64,000 nt of DNA from Mycobacteriales bacterium (GTDB lineage Bacteria > Actinomycetota > Actinomycetes > Mycobacteriales > SCTD01): positions 2,516-66,515 of the forward strand of contig JBBSKF010000003.1 in the NCBI GenBank assembly GCA_038256525.1. Direction: 5' to 3'. Below are positions 1-12,153 of this stretch, one piece after another. The notes under the pieces were generated by a model that had not been told where the DNA came from, did not search any database, and worked only from the letters and a program-made list of their open reading frames with translations. The first letter of the stretch is position 1. Every line of letters begins with the position of its first letter. The position numbers and the translations under genes were made by a program.

Positions 1-619
1 CACCCGGGGCGTGCGGCCCCGCCGAGGAGTGGCTCGCGAAGGAGGCGACCGGGGCGCGCGTCAGGTCGCTGGGCAGCGCCGTCTCGAGCAGCGCGCCGTA
101 CGGCATGACGAGGTCGTGGAACAGCCCGACCGGACCTCCTGCGCGCTTCACGCCCTGCAGCAGTGGGAAAAGCTTGCTGCCAGCGGCTTTGAACACCCCG
201 CCTGGGGTGGAGCCGCTCTCGAGCCCGGTGACGGCGGTCTTGACCAGCGGGACGGCCCGGTGCATGAACGCCCGGTAGGCCTCCGCCTCGGCCGGGCTGT
301 GCTCGGCGATCGAGGCGACGGCCCGCTCGATGTCGCGGTGAAAGCGCACCACCCGACCGTCCCGGAACACCCCCGTGGCGAACGGGTCCATCGGGATGTA
401 TTCCAAACCTGCCCCGGCCAGGTCCAGCTCGGCCGGGATCCGGGTCATGTTGATGATGTTGTGCGCGGCCGCGTGGGTGTTGAACCGGTAACCCGGGATC
501 GTCTCGTCGGTCCGCGACCCGCCCCCTGGCTTGTCGGACGCCTCGAGGACCACGACCCGCTTTCCCGCCTTCGCGAGATAGCAGGCCGCGACCAGGCCGT
601 TGTGGCCGCCGCCGACCAC
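1..619 (-). CDS. NAD(P)/FAD-binding oxidoreductase, phytoene-desaturase-like (C-terminal part runs off the window)
   Basis: My own minus-strand translation reads ..VVVVGGGHNGLVAACYLAKAGKRVVVLEASDKPGG.. (GxGxxG Rossmann motif) and stays open to position 1. It is absent from the ORF track because it leaves the window. The start is uncertain: the only in-frame start after the upstream stop is GTG at 619. Confidence 0.6.
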   Translation of the reverse strand, partial: MVGGGHNGLVAACYLAKAGKRVVVLEASDKPGGGSRTDETIPGYRFNTHAAAHNIINMTRIPAELDLAGAGLEYIPMDPFATGVFRDGRVVRFHRDIERAVASIAEHSPAEAEAYRAFMHRAVPLVKTAVTGLESGSTPGGVFKAAGSKLFPLLQGVKRAGGPVGLFHDLVMPYGALLETALPSDLTRAPVASFASHSSAGPHAPG

Positions 620-652
620 GACGACAGGTGCTGCACTGATAGGGCGGCTCCG

Positions 653-3171
<2,519 letters not shown>

Positions 3172-3285
3172 CGGGAGCACTGCACGGTCCTGGGAGCCAG
3201 CGGGCCCGTCAGTCCGGCTCAGGTCAGGAGGGCGACCCGGAATGCTGATGTGGTCACCGGGCTCGGCCCGAAAATCAACCGGCCG

Positions 3286-4632
3286 TCATCGCCCGGTGAT
3301 CTCGAGGCCGGCCTTGGCAGCGTTGTCGTACTCGTCGTCGATGTGCACGACATCGTGCTCGGCGCGGTCGAGCAGGCTGGCACCGATGCTGGCCCGGAAG
3401 CCACTCGCGCAGTGAACCCACACCCGGCCGGCCGGCACCTCCTCGAGCCGGTCGGTGAGCTCGGACAGCGGGATATGCACCGAACCGGCGATGAACGCGT
3501 CGGCGCGTTCGTCGTCGCGCCGCACGTCGAGGATCTGCGCGTCCGGCTCGGCGGCGACAGCCTGGAAGTCAGCGACCGGGTAGGAGCGCAACGCCACCCC
3601 GGCGGCCAACACCTCGAGCGCACCGTCGGCGGCACCGGTGAGCTCGATCCCGATCCGGACGAGCTGACGTTGCGCATCGGCGACCTGCTCCTGGCTCTCG
3701 CCGAGCAACGTCAGCGGCGCGCTCCAGGGAACGATCCAGCCGACGTAGGTCGAGAACTGATTGCCCATCGCCACCGACACGGTCCCGGCCAGGTGACGGC
3801 CCGCGTAGGCGGTGCGGTCACGCAGGTCGATGACCCACTCCCCCGCGGTGATCCGGCTGGCGAGCTCGACCGGGTCGACGGCCGTCGGTGGTGACAGGTC
3901 GGGAGCCTCAGGCCCGGCTGCGTTCAAGGCGCCCATGTGCGCGTAGTAGCTCGGGTATCCGGTCAGGTTCGCAACGAGCTTGTCGACGAACGCCTGCTCA
4001 TCGTCCTCGGTCAACGCGTCGTTGCGCTGCCTCTCCTGACCGATCGTGCTGTCACTGCCGCCGCTGGCACCACCGGAGGAGCAGAAGCTACCGAAGCCGT
4101 GCGTCGGGTACACCTCCGTCTCGTCGGACAGCTCATGCACGAGCCGACGGGCCGAGTGCCACTGCTTGCGGGTCAGCTCGTCCGTGCGGTCGGTTCCGAG
4201 CAGGTCGGTGCGCCCGACGCTGCCGTACAGCAGCGAGCCACCGGTGAACACCGCCGGTGTCCCAGCGCCATCGGAGATGACATAGGACAGGTGCGTGTCG
4301 GTGTGCCCTGGCGTCTCGCGTACCTGGACGGTCATGCTGCCGGCTGTCAGCTCATCGCCTTCGCCGACCGCGCGACGGGAGAACGCAACCTCGTCCCGGC
4401 CGGCCACCACGTACGTCGCGCCGGTCGTGCGGGCGAGCGCCAGGCCGCCGGTGACGTAGTCGTTGTGCAGGTGCGTCTCGAGCACCAGGCTGACCGGCAC
4501 ACCGAGCTCGGCGAGAACGGCTTCCACGCGGTCGGTGTCGCGCTGCGGATCGACCACGACAGCGCAGGTTCCATCACTCACGACATAGCTGCGGTCCCCG
4601 AGCTCAGGGGTCTCGATCACATCGACGCGCAT
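3286..4632 (-). CDS. MBL-fold persulfide-dioxygenase-like domain fused to two rhodanese domains (CstB-like)
   Basis: MRVDVIETPELGDRSY..HLHNDYVTGG (HxHxDH metallo-beta-lactamase motif). The C-terminus ends in a rhodanese domain with the active-site loop VHCASGFRAS. GGGAGGA lies upstream of the ATG at 4632. The first 140 codons of the track ORF were rejected. Confidence 0.8.
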   Translation of the reverse strand: MRVDVIETPELGDRSYVVSDGTCAVVVDPQRDTDRVEAVLAELGVPVSLVLETHLHNDYVTGGLALARTTGATYVVAGRDEVAFSRRAVGEGDELTAGSMTVQVRETPGHTDTHLSYVISDGAGTPAVFTGGSLLYGSVGRTDLLGTDRTDELTRKQWHSARRLVHELSDETEVYPTHGFGSFCSSGGASGGSDSTIGQERQRNDALTEDDEQAFVDKLVANLTGYPSYYAHMGALNAAGPEAPDLSPPTAVDPVELASRITAGEWVIDLRDRTAYAGRHLAGTVSVAMGNQFSTYVGWIVPWSAPLTLLGESQEQVADAQRQLVRIGIELTGAADGALEVLAAGVALRSYPVADFQAVAAEPDAQILDVRRDDERADAFIAGSVHIPLSELTDRLEEVPAGRVWVHCASGFRASIGASLLDRAEHDVVHIDDEYDNAAKAGLEITGR

Positions 4633-4684
4633 GGTTCCTCCCAGGGAGCTTGCCGGTTCACATAATTGTCCGTACATTAGCGGA

Positions 4685-5494
4685 GTGACCTCCGTTCCGC
4701 AAAAGCAGCCCGCCCTGCGGCTGGACCGCGCCAATGCGATCCCGCTGTGGCAGCAGCTGCTCACCGACCTGCGCGCCCGGCTGGCGGCGGAGGAGTTCAG
4801 CGCCGACTTCCCCGGCGAGCTGGCGCTTGTCGAGCAGTACGCCGTCAGCCGGCACACCGTCCGAGAGGCGCTGCGCCACCTGCGCACCGAAGGCGTCGTC
4901 ACGGCGGCCCGCGGCCGGCGGCCCCAGCTCGCACCGGCCGAGGTCGAGCAGCAGCTGGGCGCGCTGACGAGCCTGTTCGCATTGGTGGAGTCCCGCGGTC
5001 TGGAGCAGCGCAGCGTCGTACGCGCCCTGGATGTCCGGGCCGATGGGGTCATCGCCGTCCGCCTCGGCCTGGAGGAGTCGACACCACTTGTCTACCTCGA
5101 ACGGCTGCGCCTGGCCGGCCCCGAACCCCTTGCGCTGGACCGGGTGTGGCTGCCGGCCGAGGTTGCCCACCCGCTGCTGGACGCTGACTTCACCCACACC
5201 GCCCTGTACGACGAGCTGTCGGCGCATTGCGGTGTACGGCTGACCGGCGGGCGCGAGCAGGTCCGGGCGGTAGTGGCGACCCGAAGCGAACGCGAGCTGC
5301 TCCGCCTGCCCACGACCGCCGCGCTGATGCTGGTGGAACGGACCAGCTGCCTGCACGGCCGGCCGATCGAGTTCCGGCACACCCTGGTCCGGGGTGACCG
5401 CTACGCCCTCACCGCAGACTTCGATACCCGCAGCTACCACCTCACCGCACGTTCGGCACCCACCGGCGTCCCGCAACGAAGGAGCACCCCGTGA
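4685..5494 (+). CDS. GntR/HutC-family transcriptional regulator (wHTH + UTRA)
   Basis: ..IPLWQQLLTDLRARLAAEEF..LALVEQYAVSRHTVREALRHLRTEGVV.. followed by a UTRA-like C-terminal half. The start is either ATG 4631 or GTG 4685. TACATT lies 6 nt upstream of GTG 4685, which suggests a leaderless start. Confidence 0.75.
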   Translation: MTSVPQKQPALRLDRANAIPLWQQLLTDLRARLAAEEFSADFPGELALVEQYAVSRHTVREALRHLRTEGVVTAARGRRPQLAPAEVEQQLGALTSLFALVESRGLEQRSVVRALDVRADGVIAVRLGLEESTPLVYLERLRLAGPEPLALDRVWLPAEVAHPLLDADFTHTALYDELSAHCGVRLTGGREQVRAVVATRSERELLRLPTTAALMLVERTSCLHGRPIEFRHTLVRGDRYALTADFDTRSYHLTARSAPTGVPQRRSTP

Positions 5495-5835
5495 ACCAGC
5501 CCGCCCGGATCCGCGAGATCGACGCCAACGAGGCCGCGCACCTTGCCGACGCCTGCGAGGTGCTGCTCCTGGACGTCCGGGAGGACGACGAATGGAGCAG
5601 CGGCCACGCCCCGCAAGCCACCCACCTCACCCTCGGCACGCTCGACCCCGCGGCTGTCCCGCGAGACCGCCCCGTGATCGCCGTGTGCCGCAGCGGGAAC
5701 CGCTCCGGCAAGGCCGCGCAGGCACTGGCTGCCGCCGGCCACGACGTCCGCAACCTCACCGGCGGGATGAACGCCTGGGCCCAAGCCGGCCTGCCCGTTG
5801 TCGGTTCGGACGGGAAGCCGGGGCAGGTCACCTGA
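5491..5835 (+). CDS. single-domain rhodanese sulfurtransferase
   Basis: LLLDVREDDEWSSGHAP...VIAVCRSGNRSGKAAQAL (CRxGxR active-site loop). Its start overlaps the GntR stop. Confidence 0.85.
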   Translation: MNQPARIREIDANEAAHLADACEVLLLDVREDDEWSSGHAPQATHLTLGTLDPAAVPRDRPVIAVCRSGNRSGKAAQALAAAGHDVRNLTGGMNAWAQAGLPVVGSDGKPGQVT

Positions 5836-6686
5836 TGGTGCTGGCCGCCCTCGGCCTGGGCCTGATCGTCGGGCTGATCATCGGCGCGCTGGGTGGCGGC
5901 GGGTCGATCCTGACAGTTCCGCTACTGGTGTTCGCACTCGGCCTGAGCGCGCAGGAGGCAACCGGTGCGAGCCTGATCATCGTCGGCATCACCGCCGTCG
6001 TCGCCAGCATCAGCCACGCCCGCAGCGGGCACACCCGATGGCGGACCGGCCTGCTGATCGCCGCCGCCGGCATACCGGCCTCGATCCTCGGGACTCGGTT
6101 GACCCGCCTCGTCGAGGAGAACGTCCTGCTGCTCGTGTTCGCAGCCGTCATGCTCGTCGCGGCCACCGGCATGCTGCTGCGTGCCGGGCATGAGCACGAC
6201 GAGCACCCACCTGCTGGCAACGCTTCCAACGAGGCGGCCCATCCCGCAGGCAGCGCCGCTCACACGGCGACGGCTACCCGTCCTGTGCAGCAAGCGACAT
6301 CCGCGACCGGCTGGCGGGTCGCACTACAACTGATCGCCGCCGGGTCGCTGATCGGCTTCCTTACCGGTTTCCTCGGTGTAGGAGGTGGATTCGTCATCGT
6401 TCCCGTCCTGGTGATCGCGCTCAGCTGGCCGATGCCAGTGGCGGTCGGCACGTCACTGCTGGTCATCGCACTGAACTCCGCCGTCGCACTGGCCGCCCGC
6501 ACCGGTCAGGACGACTTCGCCTGGGACGTCATCGTGCCGTTCACCCTCACGGCCATCGTCGGATCACTGCTCGGCAAGAAGGTCGCCGACCGAGTCAACG
6601 CCACCACCTTGACCCGCGCCTTCGCCGCCCTGCTCGTCCTCGTCGCGGTCTACGTCGCGATACGCGCCGGCCTCGCCCTGAGCTGA
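5835..6686 (+). CDS. TauE/SafE-family sulfite/organosulfonate exporter
   Basis: MVLAALGLGLIVGLIIGALGGGGSILTVPLLVF.. with a repeated GxGGG-containing TM architecture. The ATG shares one nucleotide with the rhodanese TGA. The upstream 147 codons of the track ORF were rejected (Arg/Pro-rich). Confidence 0.8.
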   Translation: MVLAALGLGLIVGLIIGALGGGGSILTVPLLVFALGLSAQEATGASLIIVGITAVVASISHARSGHTRWRTGLLIAAAGIPASILGTRLTRLVEENVLLLVFAAVMLVAATGMLLRAGHEHDEHPPAGNASNEAAHPAGSAAHTATATRPVQQATSATGWRVALQLIAAGSLIGFLTGFLGVGGGFVIVPVLVIALSWPMPVAVGTSLLVIALNSAVALAARTGQDDFAWDVIVPFTLTAIVGSLLGKKVADRVNATTLTRAFAALLVLVAVYVAIRAGLALS

Positions 6687-6838
6687 CCCTCCCCGATCAG
6701 TGTTCCGACCGATCGGCGCACGACCGCCCGATGATCACCTCACGCAGCACGTGTGAGCGGTCCTCACGTTCCAAAGGAATCTGGCCAGAGCGGTGCATGC
6801 TTCGCCTGATGGGGTATGCACCCAGTGATCACCACTGG

Positions 6839-6852
6839 TACCCAGGGAGGTA
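6839..6852. promoter_or_regulatory. possible third CsoR-family operator (TACCCAGGGAGGTA) overlapping the RBS of the DUF302 gene
   Basis: TACC-N6-GGTA pseudo-palindrome lies 4 nt upstream of ATG 6856. The neighbouring palindrome CCAGTGATCACCACTGG is at 6822-6838. Confidence 0.3.
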
Positions 6853-6855
6853 TGC

Positions 6856-7248
6856 ATGGACTACGGCATCACCGTCAGCACCGATCTGGACTTCGACGAG
6901 GCGGTCGCCCGAACACGTGAGGCGCTCGCTGAGCAGGGCTTCGGCGTTCTCACCGAGATCGACGTGCAGAAGACCCTGAAAGCCAAACTCGACCGGGACA
7001 TGGAGCCGTACCTCATCCTCGGCGCATGCAACCCACGGTTGGCCGAGCAGGCCCTCGACGTCGAGCGGGACATCGGCCTGCTGCTGCCCTGCAACGTCGT
7101 CGTCCGGCGGGTGGACGAGAGAACGCTCATCCAGGCCCTCGATCCGCAGGTCATGGTCAGCTTGCCCGACCGTCCCGAACTGCAGCCCGTCGCCGACGAT
7201 GCGAGCGCGCGCCTTCAGGCTGCACTTGAATCCGTGGGCAGCTCATGA
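6856..7248 (+). CDS. DUF302 domain protein
   Basis: MDYGITVSTDLDFDEAVARTREALAEQGFGVLTEIDVQKTLKAKL..YLILGACNP matches the DUF302 signature as I recall it. Confidence 0.75.
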   Translation: MDYGITVSTDLDFDEAVARTREALAEQGFGVLTEIDVQKTLKAKLDRDMEPYLILGACNPRLAEQALDVERDIGLLLPCNVVVRRVDERTLIQALDPQVMVSLPDRPELQPVADDASARLQAALESVGSS

Positions 7249-7604
7249 GCGACAGATCTCTCGACCCGCAGGCCCTGGCTCGCGAGCTCGACCGGTTCCA
7301 GGTCGTTGACGTGCGCGATCCCCACGAGTGGGAAGCGGGGCGCATCGGCGGCGCAGTGCACCTGGCTCTGGACGATCTAGGAGACCGGGCGAAGGAATTG
7401 GACCGGACCCGGCCGATCGTGACGGTGTGCCGAAGCGGCAGTCGCAGCGCTCAAGCGGTCAAGGAATTGGCCGGAGAGGGCTTCGACGTACAGAACCTCG
7501 AAGGGGGACTGGCGGCCTGGGTCGCGCAGGGTCAGCCACTTGTCACAGGAGACGGCGGGCCGGGCGCCCTCGCCGAACCCCCAAGGAAGCCGACGAGCTG
7601 CTGA
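7245..7604 (+). CDS. single-domain rhodanese sulfurtransferase
   Basis: FQVVDVRDPHEWEAGRIGGAVH..IVTVCRSGSRSAQAVKEL. It has a 4-nt overlap with the DUF302 gene. Confidence 0.85.
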   Translation: MSDRSLDPQALARELDRFQVVDVRDPHEWEAGRIGGAVHLALDDLGDRAKELDRTRPIVTVCRSGSRSAQAVKELAGEGFDVQNLEGGLAAWVAQGQPLVTGDGGPGALAEPPRKPTSC

Positions 7605-7665
7605 CGCCGACAAGGCGAGCCGCGGTCCCCGTGGCCTGCCGTCGAGCATCGAGAGGAAGAAGAAG

Positions 7666-7893
7666 ATGACATTTCTGGCGTTCATCGGCAGCCAGCCTGG
7701 GCGCATCGTGCGCGTCGCGGTCGGTCTCGCCCTCATCATCGGTGGCGTCCTGTTGGGCGGTGGTTGGCTGGCCCTGGTGGCGGTGGGGCTGCTTCCCTTG
7801 GCTGCGGGCGTGTTTGACCTCTGTATTCTCGGACCGCTGTTTCGCCTCCCCCTCGTGGGACCGAAGTTTCGCGACGCGATGGCCAGCCGCTGA
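7666..7893 (+). CDS. DUF2892 (YgaP-like) small membrane protein
   Basis: MTFLAFIGSQPGRIVRVAVGLALIIGG..LPLAAGVFDLCILGPLF. The protein has two TM helices and is commonly linked to rhodaneses. Confidence 0.7.
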   Translation: MTFLAFIGSQPGRIVRVAVGLALIIGGVLLGGGWLALVAVGLLPLAAGVFDLCILGPLFRLPLVGPKFRDAMASR

Positions 7894-8524
7894 GGGCCAG
7901 CCGCTGAGGCCCGCAGGACAAGGTGAACCGCCGGGCCGCGCGCTGGCGGTGGTTGCCGTTCCCGCTCTCGAATCGGGCCACGTGATCATTGCTGCGTCGT
8001 CGGTGGAGGCGACACCGATGGGAGCCGCGCACACTGACACCGACCACCGGTGAGATGATGTCCGCACTTACCTGGCGGCAGCCGGAAATCACGCCCTCGC
8101 AGAACCGCTTGCATGACGCAACAAGTGAGCGGACAACGGGCCGGGCTAGAAGGGAACCCCCGCCTTGTGCGTGCGCACAAGCACGCACACCGCGCGGCGC
8201 CACCAGCCGCGGACGCCGCCGGCAGCGGGAATGGTGCCGTCGGCGACGGCCTGGCAGTACGAAGAAAGATTCGACATGGATCGTCTTTCGGATGGGAGGA
8301 CAGTCGGCCGGCGGTGCCGTCGGGCGGACCGTCAGGTCCGGCGCGTCACGGCTTCGGGCGGCAACAGTGCGCGTCGTTGACGGCGAGCGGTGTCATGGCC
8401 AGCAGGCAGCGGCACCAGGCGCCGTTGCTCCCGCTCACTGCCGCTGCGCTCTCCACGAGACCGAGCATAGCGCCGGGCGGCAGCCCATGAACGCCTCCCC
8501 CGATGTCGGCCGGCTCCCGAGGGG

Positions 8525-11272
8525 GTGAACACTGACATTCCCGTGACCACACCGACCGCAGCACAAGCTCCCGTGGCGGCGGACGACGCGCTCCGCGCGG
8601 ACATCCGCCTGCTGACGACGCTGCTGGGCCAGACGCTCGTCCGCAGCGAGGGACGCGAGCTGCTGGAGCTCGTCGAGCTGGTGCGCAGCGAGGCCAGGGG
8701 CGGCGGGCTCACCGACCTGCCGTCCGACATCGACACGCGGCTGCGGGAGATGGACCTCCGCACGACTATTCGCGTGGTGCGAGCGTTCACGTCCTACTTC
8801 CACTTGGCCAACGTCACCGAGCAGGTTCATCGCGGACGAGCGCTGCTGAGCCAGCGGGCGAGCGGCGTCGGGTGGCTGGAGCGCGCAGCGGAGCGGATCG
8901 GCGCCTCGGGAATTCCGGCCGATGTCGTCGCGGAGGCAGTCGGGCGGCTGGCCGTGCGCCCGGTGCTGACTGCGCACCCGACCGAGGCCGCCCGCCGGTC
9001 GATCCTCGACAAGATGCGACGGGTGGCTGAGTTGCTCGACCACCCCGACAGCCCCATCCGCCGCCGCCGACTCGCTGAAGCAGTCGAACTGCTGTGGCAC
9101 ACCGACGAGCTGCGGTTCGAGCGGCCGGACCCACTCGATGAGGCCCGCAACGGCGTCTACTACCTGGAGGGCCTGGGTAGCGCCGCGGTCGGCGACGTCC
9201 TCGAGGAGCTGCGCGAGCAGCTGGCGACGATCGGCGTGCGGCTCACTCCCGAGGCGCGTCCGCTGACCTTCGGGACCTGGATCGGCGGGGACCGCGACGG
9301 GAACCCGAACGTCACTCCCACCACCACACTCGAGGTGCTGGGATTGCAGGCGGTGCACGGCATCCGGCTCCTGCAGTCGATGGTCAACGAGTTGCGGCGC
9401 GAGCTGTCGGTCTCCCAGCGCATCTCCGGCGCGTCCGCGGCGCTCACCACCCGGCTGGAGCTGTCGCTGGCCGAGCTGCCCGAGGTCGAGCCCCGCTACC
9501 GCCGGCTCAACGCCGAGGAGTCCTACCGGCTGTTTCTCACGTGTGTGGGCACCCGGCTGCAGCTGACCCTGGCCCGTGTGCAGGGACGACACCGGCATGC
9601 GCCTGGCCGCGACTACCGCGACGCGGCGGAGCTCCAGCAGGATCTGCTGCTGCTGCACGACTCGGTTCGCCAGCACCAAGGTGAGCTGCTCGCCAGCGGC
9701 GCGGTCGACCGGCTCGTACGCACCGCCGCGAGCACCGGACTGCTGCTGGCCACGATGGATGTCCGCGAGCACGCCGACAAGCACCACCACGCCGTCGGAC
9801 AGCTGATGGACCGCACCTGGGAGCTGTCTTTCCCCTACGCCGACCTCCCGCGTCGGCACCGCCTTGCTGCCTTGTCCAAGGAGCTGTCCGGACGGCGGCC
9901 GCTGGCCGGCCACCCACTGCCGCTCGACGCCGAAGGGGCCCGGACGGCAGAGCTGTTCACCACGATCGCGCAGGCGCTCGACGCATTCGGCCCGCAGGCG
10001 GTCGAGAGCTACATCATCTCGATGACCACGGGAGCCGACGACGTGCTGGCGGCTGTCGTGTTGGCCCGGGAAGCCGGACTGGTCGATCTCGCGAATGGCG
10101 TCGTCCGCATCGACTTCGTGCCGCTGCTCGAGATGACGCAGGAGCTGGAGAACGCCGACCTCATCCTCGACGCGCTGCTCAGCGACCCGTCGTACCGGCA
10201 GCTGGTGTCGTTGCGCGGGGACGTGCAGGAGGTGATGCTCGGCTACTCCGACTCGAACAAGGCCGCGGGGATCACCACCTCCCGCTGGCAGATCCACCGG
10301 GCCCAACGGCGTGCGAGAGACGTTGCGGCCAAGCATCACGTCCGACTGCGCTTCTTCCACGGCCGGGGCGGTTCGGTCGGCCGGGGCGGCGGACCGACGT
10401 ACGAGGCGGTGATGGCCCTGCCGAACGGCGCCGTCGACGGCGAGCTCAAGGTGACCGAGCAGGGGGAGGTCATCAGCGACAAGTACGCCCTGCCGGTGCT
10501 CGCGCGCAACAACCTCGAGCTGCTGCTCGCGGCCGGTCTCGAGGCGACCGTTCTGCACCAGGAGCCGCGGCACACCGACGAGCAGGTGCAGCGCTGGGAC
10601 GAGGTCATGGACCAGGTGTCCGACGCCGCGCACGTCCGCTACCGCGCGTTCGTCGAGGACCCCGACCTGCCGGCATACTTCCTCGCCTCGACACCGGTCG
10701 AGCTGCTCGCCGACCTGCACATCGGCTCCCGACCCTCCCGACGCCCGGACAGCGGCGGCGGCGTCGAGGGTTTGCGGGCCATCCCCTGGGTCTTCGGCTG
10801 GACCCAGTCACGCCAGATCCTGCCTGGCTGGTTCGGTGTGGGCACCGGTCTCGCCGCGGTGTGGGGAGAGCACCGCGCGGCGCTGAGTGACATGTACCGC
10901 GAATGGCACTTCTTCCAGGCGTTCCTGAGCAACGTGTCCATGACCCTGGTCAAGACCGACCTGTCGATCGCCGAACGCTACGTCGACCGGCTCGCCGACC
11001 CGTCCCTGCGGCGCCTGTTCGAGTCGATCCGTGAGGAGCACGCACTCACGGTCGCGGAGGTCCTCGCTGTGACGGGCGAGGACGAGCTGCTGAGCGACGA
11101 CCCTGTCCTGCGCCAGACCCTGCGCACCCGCGACACCTACCTCGAGCCGCTGCACCACCTCCAGATCGAGCTGCTCACCCGCAAGCACGCCGGCGAGCAG
11201 GACCCGATGCTGGCGCGCGCCCTACTGCTCACCGTCAACGGCATCGCCGCAGGGCTGCGCAACACCGGCTGA
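8525..11272 (+). CDS. ppc: phosphoenolpyruvate carboxylase
   Basis: Motifs VLTAHPTEAARRS, GYSDSNKAAGI, FHGRGGSVGRGGGP and the C-terminal NGIAAGLRNTG are all present in this 915-aa product. Confidence 0.95.
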   Translation: MNTDIPVTTPTAAQAPVAADDALRADIRLLTTLLGQTLVRSEGRELLELVELVRSEARGGGLTDLPSDIDTRLREMDLRTTIRVVRAFTSYFHLANVTEQVHRGRALLSQRASGVGWLERAAERIGASGIPADVVAEAVGRLAVRPVLTAHPTEAARRSILDKMRRVAELLDHPDSPIRRRRLAEAVELLWHTDELRFERPDPLDEARNGVYYLEGLGSAAVGDVLEELREQLATIGVRLTPEARPLTFGTWIGGDRDGNPNVTPTTTLEVLGLQAVHGIRLLQSMVNELRRELSVSQRISGASAALTTRLELSLAELPEVEPRYRRLNAEESYRLFLTCVGTRLQLTLARVQGRHRHAPGRDYRDAAELQQDLLLLHDSVRQHQGELLASGAVDRLVRTAASTGLLLATMDVREHADKHHHAVGQLMDRTWELSFPYADLPRRHRLAALSKELSGRRPLAGHPLPLDAEGARTAELFTTIAQALDAFGPQAVESYIISMTTGADDVLAAVVLAREAGLVDLANGVVRIDFVPLLEMTQELENADLILDALLSDPSYRQLVSLRGDVQEVMLGYSDSNKAAGITTSRWQIHRAQRRARDVAAKHHVRLRFFHGRGGSVGRGGGPTYEAVMALPNGAVDGELKVTEQGEVISDKYALPVLARNNLELLLAAGLEATVLHQEPRHTDEQVQRWDEVMDQVSDAAHVRYRAFVEDPDLPAYFLASTPVELLADLHIGSRPSRRPDSGGGVEGLRAIPWVFGWTQSRQILPGWFGVGTGLAAVWGEHRAALSDMYREWHFFQAFLSNVSMTLVKTDLSIAERYVDRLADPSLRRLFESIREEHALTVAEVLAVTGEDELLSDDPVLRQTLRTRDTYLEPLHHLQIELLTRKHAGEQDPMLARALLLTVNGIAAGLRNTG

Positions 11273-11376
11273 CCGCGCATCCGGCTGCGGCCGACGTACC
11301 GCCCTGGGGCAGACGAGCGATTGCGCCGTCGGCGGCCGGCCCTCCGACCTCAGTGCAAGAAGCCGAGACCGTGGGC

Positions 11377-11631
11377 TCAGGCCGGCGAGGAGCGGCAGAG
11401 GCACAGCCGGGCGAGTCCGGGAGCAGAGCGTGTCGCGACGAGGACCCGCTGCAGTGCGCGCTCGTCCAGGACGGCGATACGGGCTACCGCGTCGAACGGT
11501 CCGGTCGTCGAGGACGCGTCGACGACGCCGGGGACCTGCTCGAGGTAGGCCCGCAGCGCCCCGGTGGTGCCCGGGTGGGCCTGGATCAGCAGGTGTGCGC
11601 GCACCTCGCCCTCCCGCGTCGGCGTGATCAT
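11377..11631 (-). CDS. Lrp/AsnC ligand-binding-domain-only protein
   Basis: MITPTREGEVRAHLLIQAHPGTTGALRAYLEQVPGVVDASSTTGPFDAVARIAV.. GGAGG lies upstream of the ATG at 11631. There is no HTH part. Confidence 0.6.
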   Translation of the reverse strand: MITPTREGEVRAHLLIQAHPGTTGALRAYLEQVPGVVDASSTTGPFDAVARIAVLDERALQRVLVATRSAPGLARLCLCRSSPA

Positions 11632-11785
11632 TGAAGCCTCCGGACTCGTGCGGCAACTGGCCATCGCCCACTGTGCCTGCGAGCTGTTGCCGACGCGTGA
11701 CATCGGCGTTGAGCCGGCGTGTCGTCACCGCCGCCGACAACCCGGTCTCGCAGGAACATCAGGACGTGGACCAGGGTTGCGTTAG

Positions 11786-11807
11786 ATACCGTAGGGGGGT
11801 ACGGTGT
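11786..11807. promoter_or_regulatory. CsoR operator ATACCGTAGGGGGGTACGGTGT
   Basis: Perfect inverted repeat ACCGTA/TACGGT flanks a G6 tract, 31 nt upstream of the csoR ATG. It is very similar to the recalled B. subtilis copZA operator. Confidence 0.6.
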
Positions 11808-11837
11808 CGTAACTCGACCGAGACAGGGAGCGCGGAC

Positions 11838-12119
11838 ATGCCCGGCTACGCCAACAGCAAGGACGATCAGCTCAAGCGGCTGCGCCGCGTCGAGGGGCAG
11901 GTCCGCGGGATCGCCAAGATGGTCGAGGACGACAAGTACTGCATCGATGTCCTCACCCAGGTCTCGGCGGCCACCAAGGCCCTGCAGTCGTTCGCGCTGG
12001 GTCTGCTCGACGAGCACATGGCCCATTGCGTGGTCAACGCCGCTCGGGCCGGCGGGGCCGAGCAGGAGGCCAAGCTCCGCGAGGCCTCCGATGCCATCGC
12101 CCGTCTTGTCCGCAGCTGA
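11838..12119 (+). CDS. csoR: copper-sensing repressor CsoR
   Basis: DDQLKRLRRVEGQVRGIAKMVEDDKYCIDVLTQV..LLDEHMAHCV. The full Cys(0)/His(+25)/Cys(+29) Cu(I) ligand set is present. It is the first gene of the cop operon. Confidence 0.85.
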   Translation: MPGYANSKDDQLKRLRRVEGQVRGIAKMVEDDKYCIDVLTQVSAATKALQSFALGLLDEHMAHCVVNAARAGGAEQEAKLREASDAIARLVRS

Positions 12120-12153
12120 GATTCCCCATCCCACCCACCGAAGGAGCACTCCC

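Noticed and set aside
5394-5834. N-terminal 147-codon extension of the TauE ORF
   Set aside because: It overlaps the rhodanese gene in another frame and is Arg/Pro-rich. The TauE TM core begins at ATG 5835.
8435-10720. 761-aa minus-strand ORF
   Set aside because: It is antisense to phosphoenolpyruvate carboxylase, whose motifs are unambiguous. Its product is Arg/Gly/Pro/Val-rich low complexity, typical of the mirror frame in high-GC DNA.
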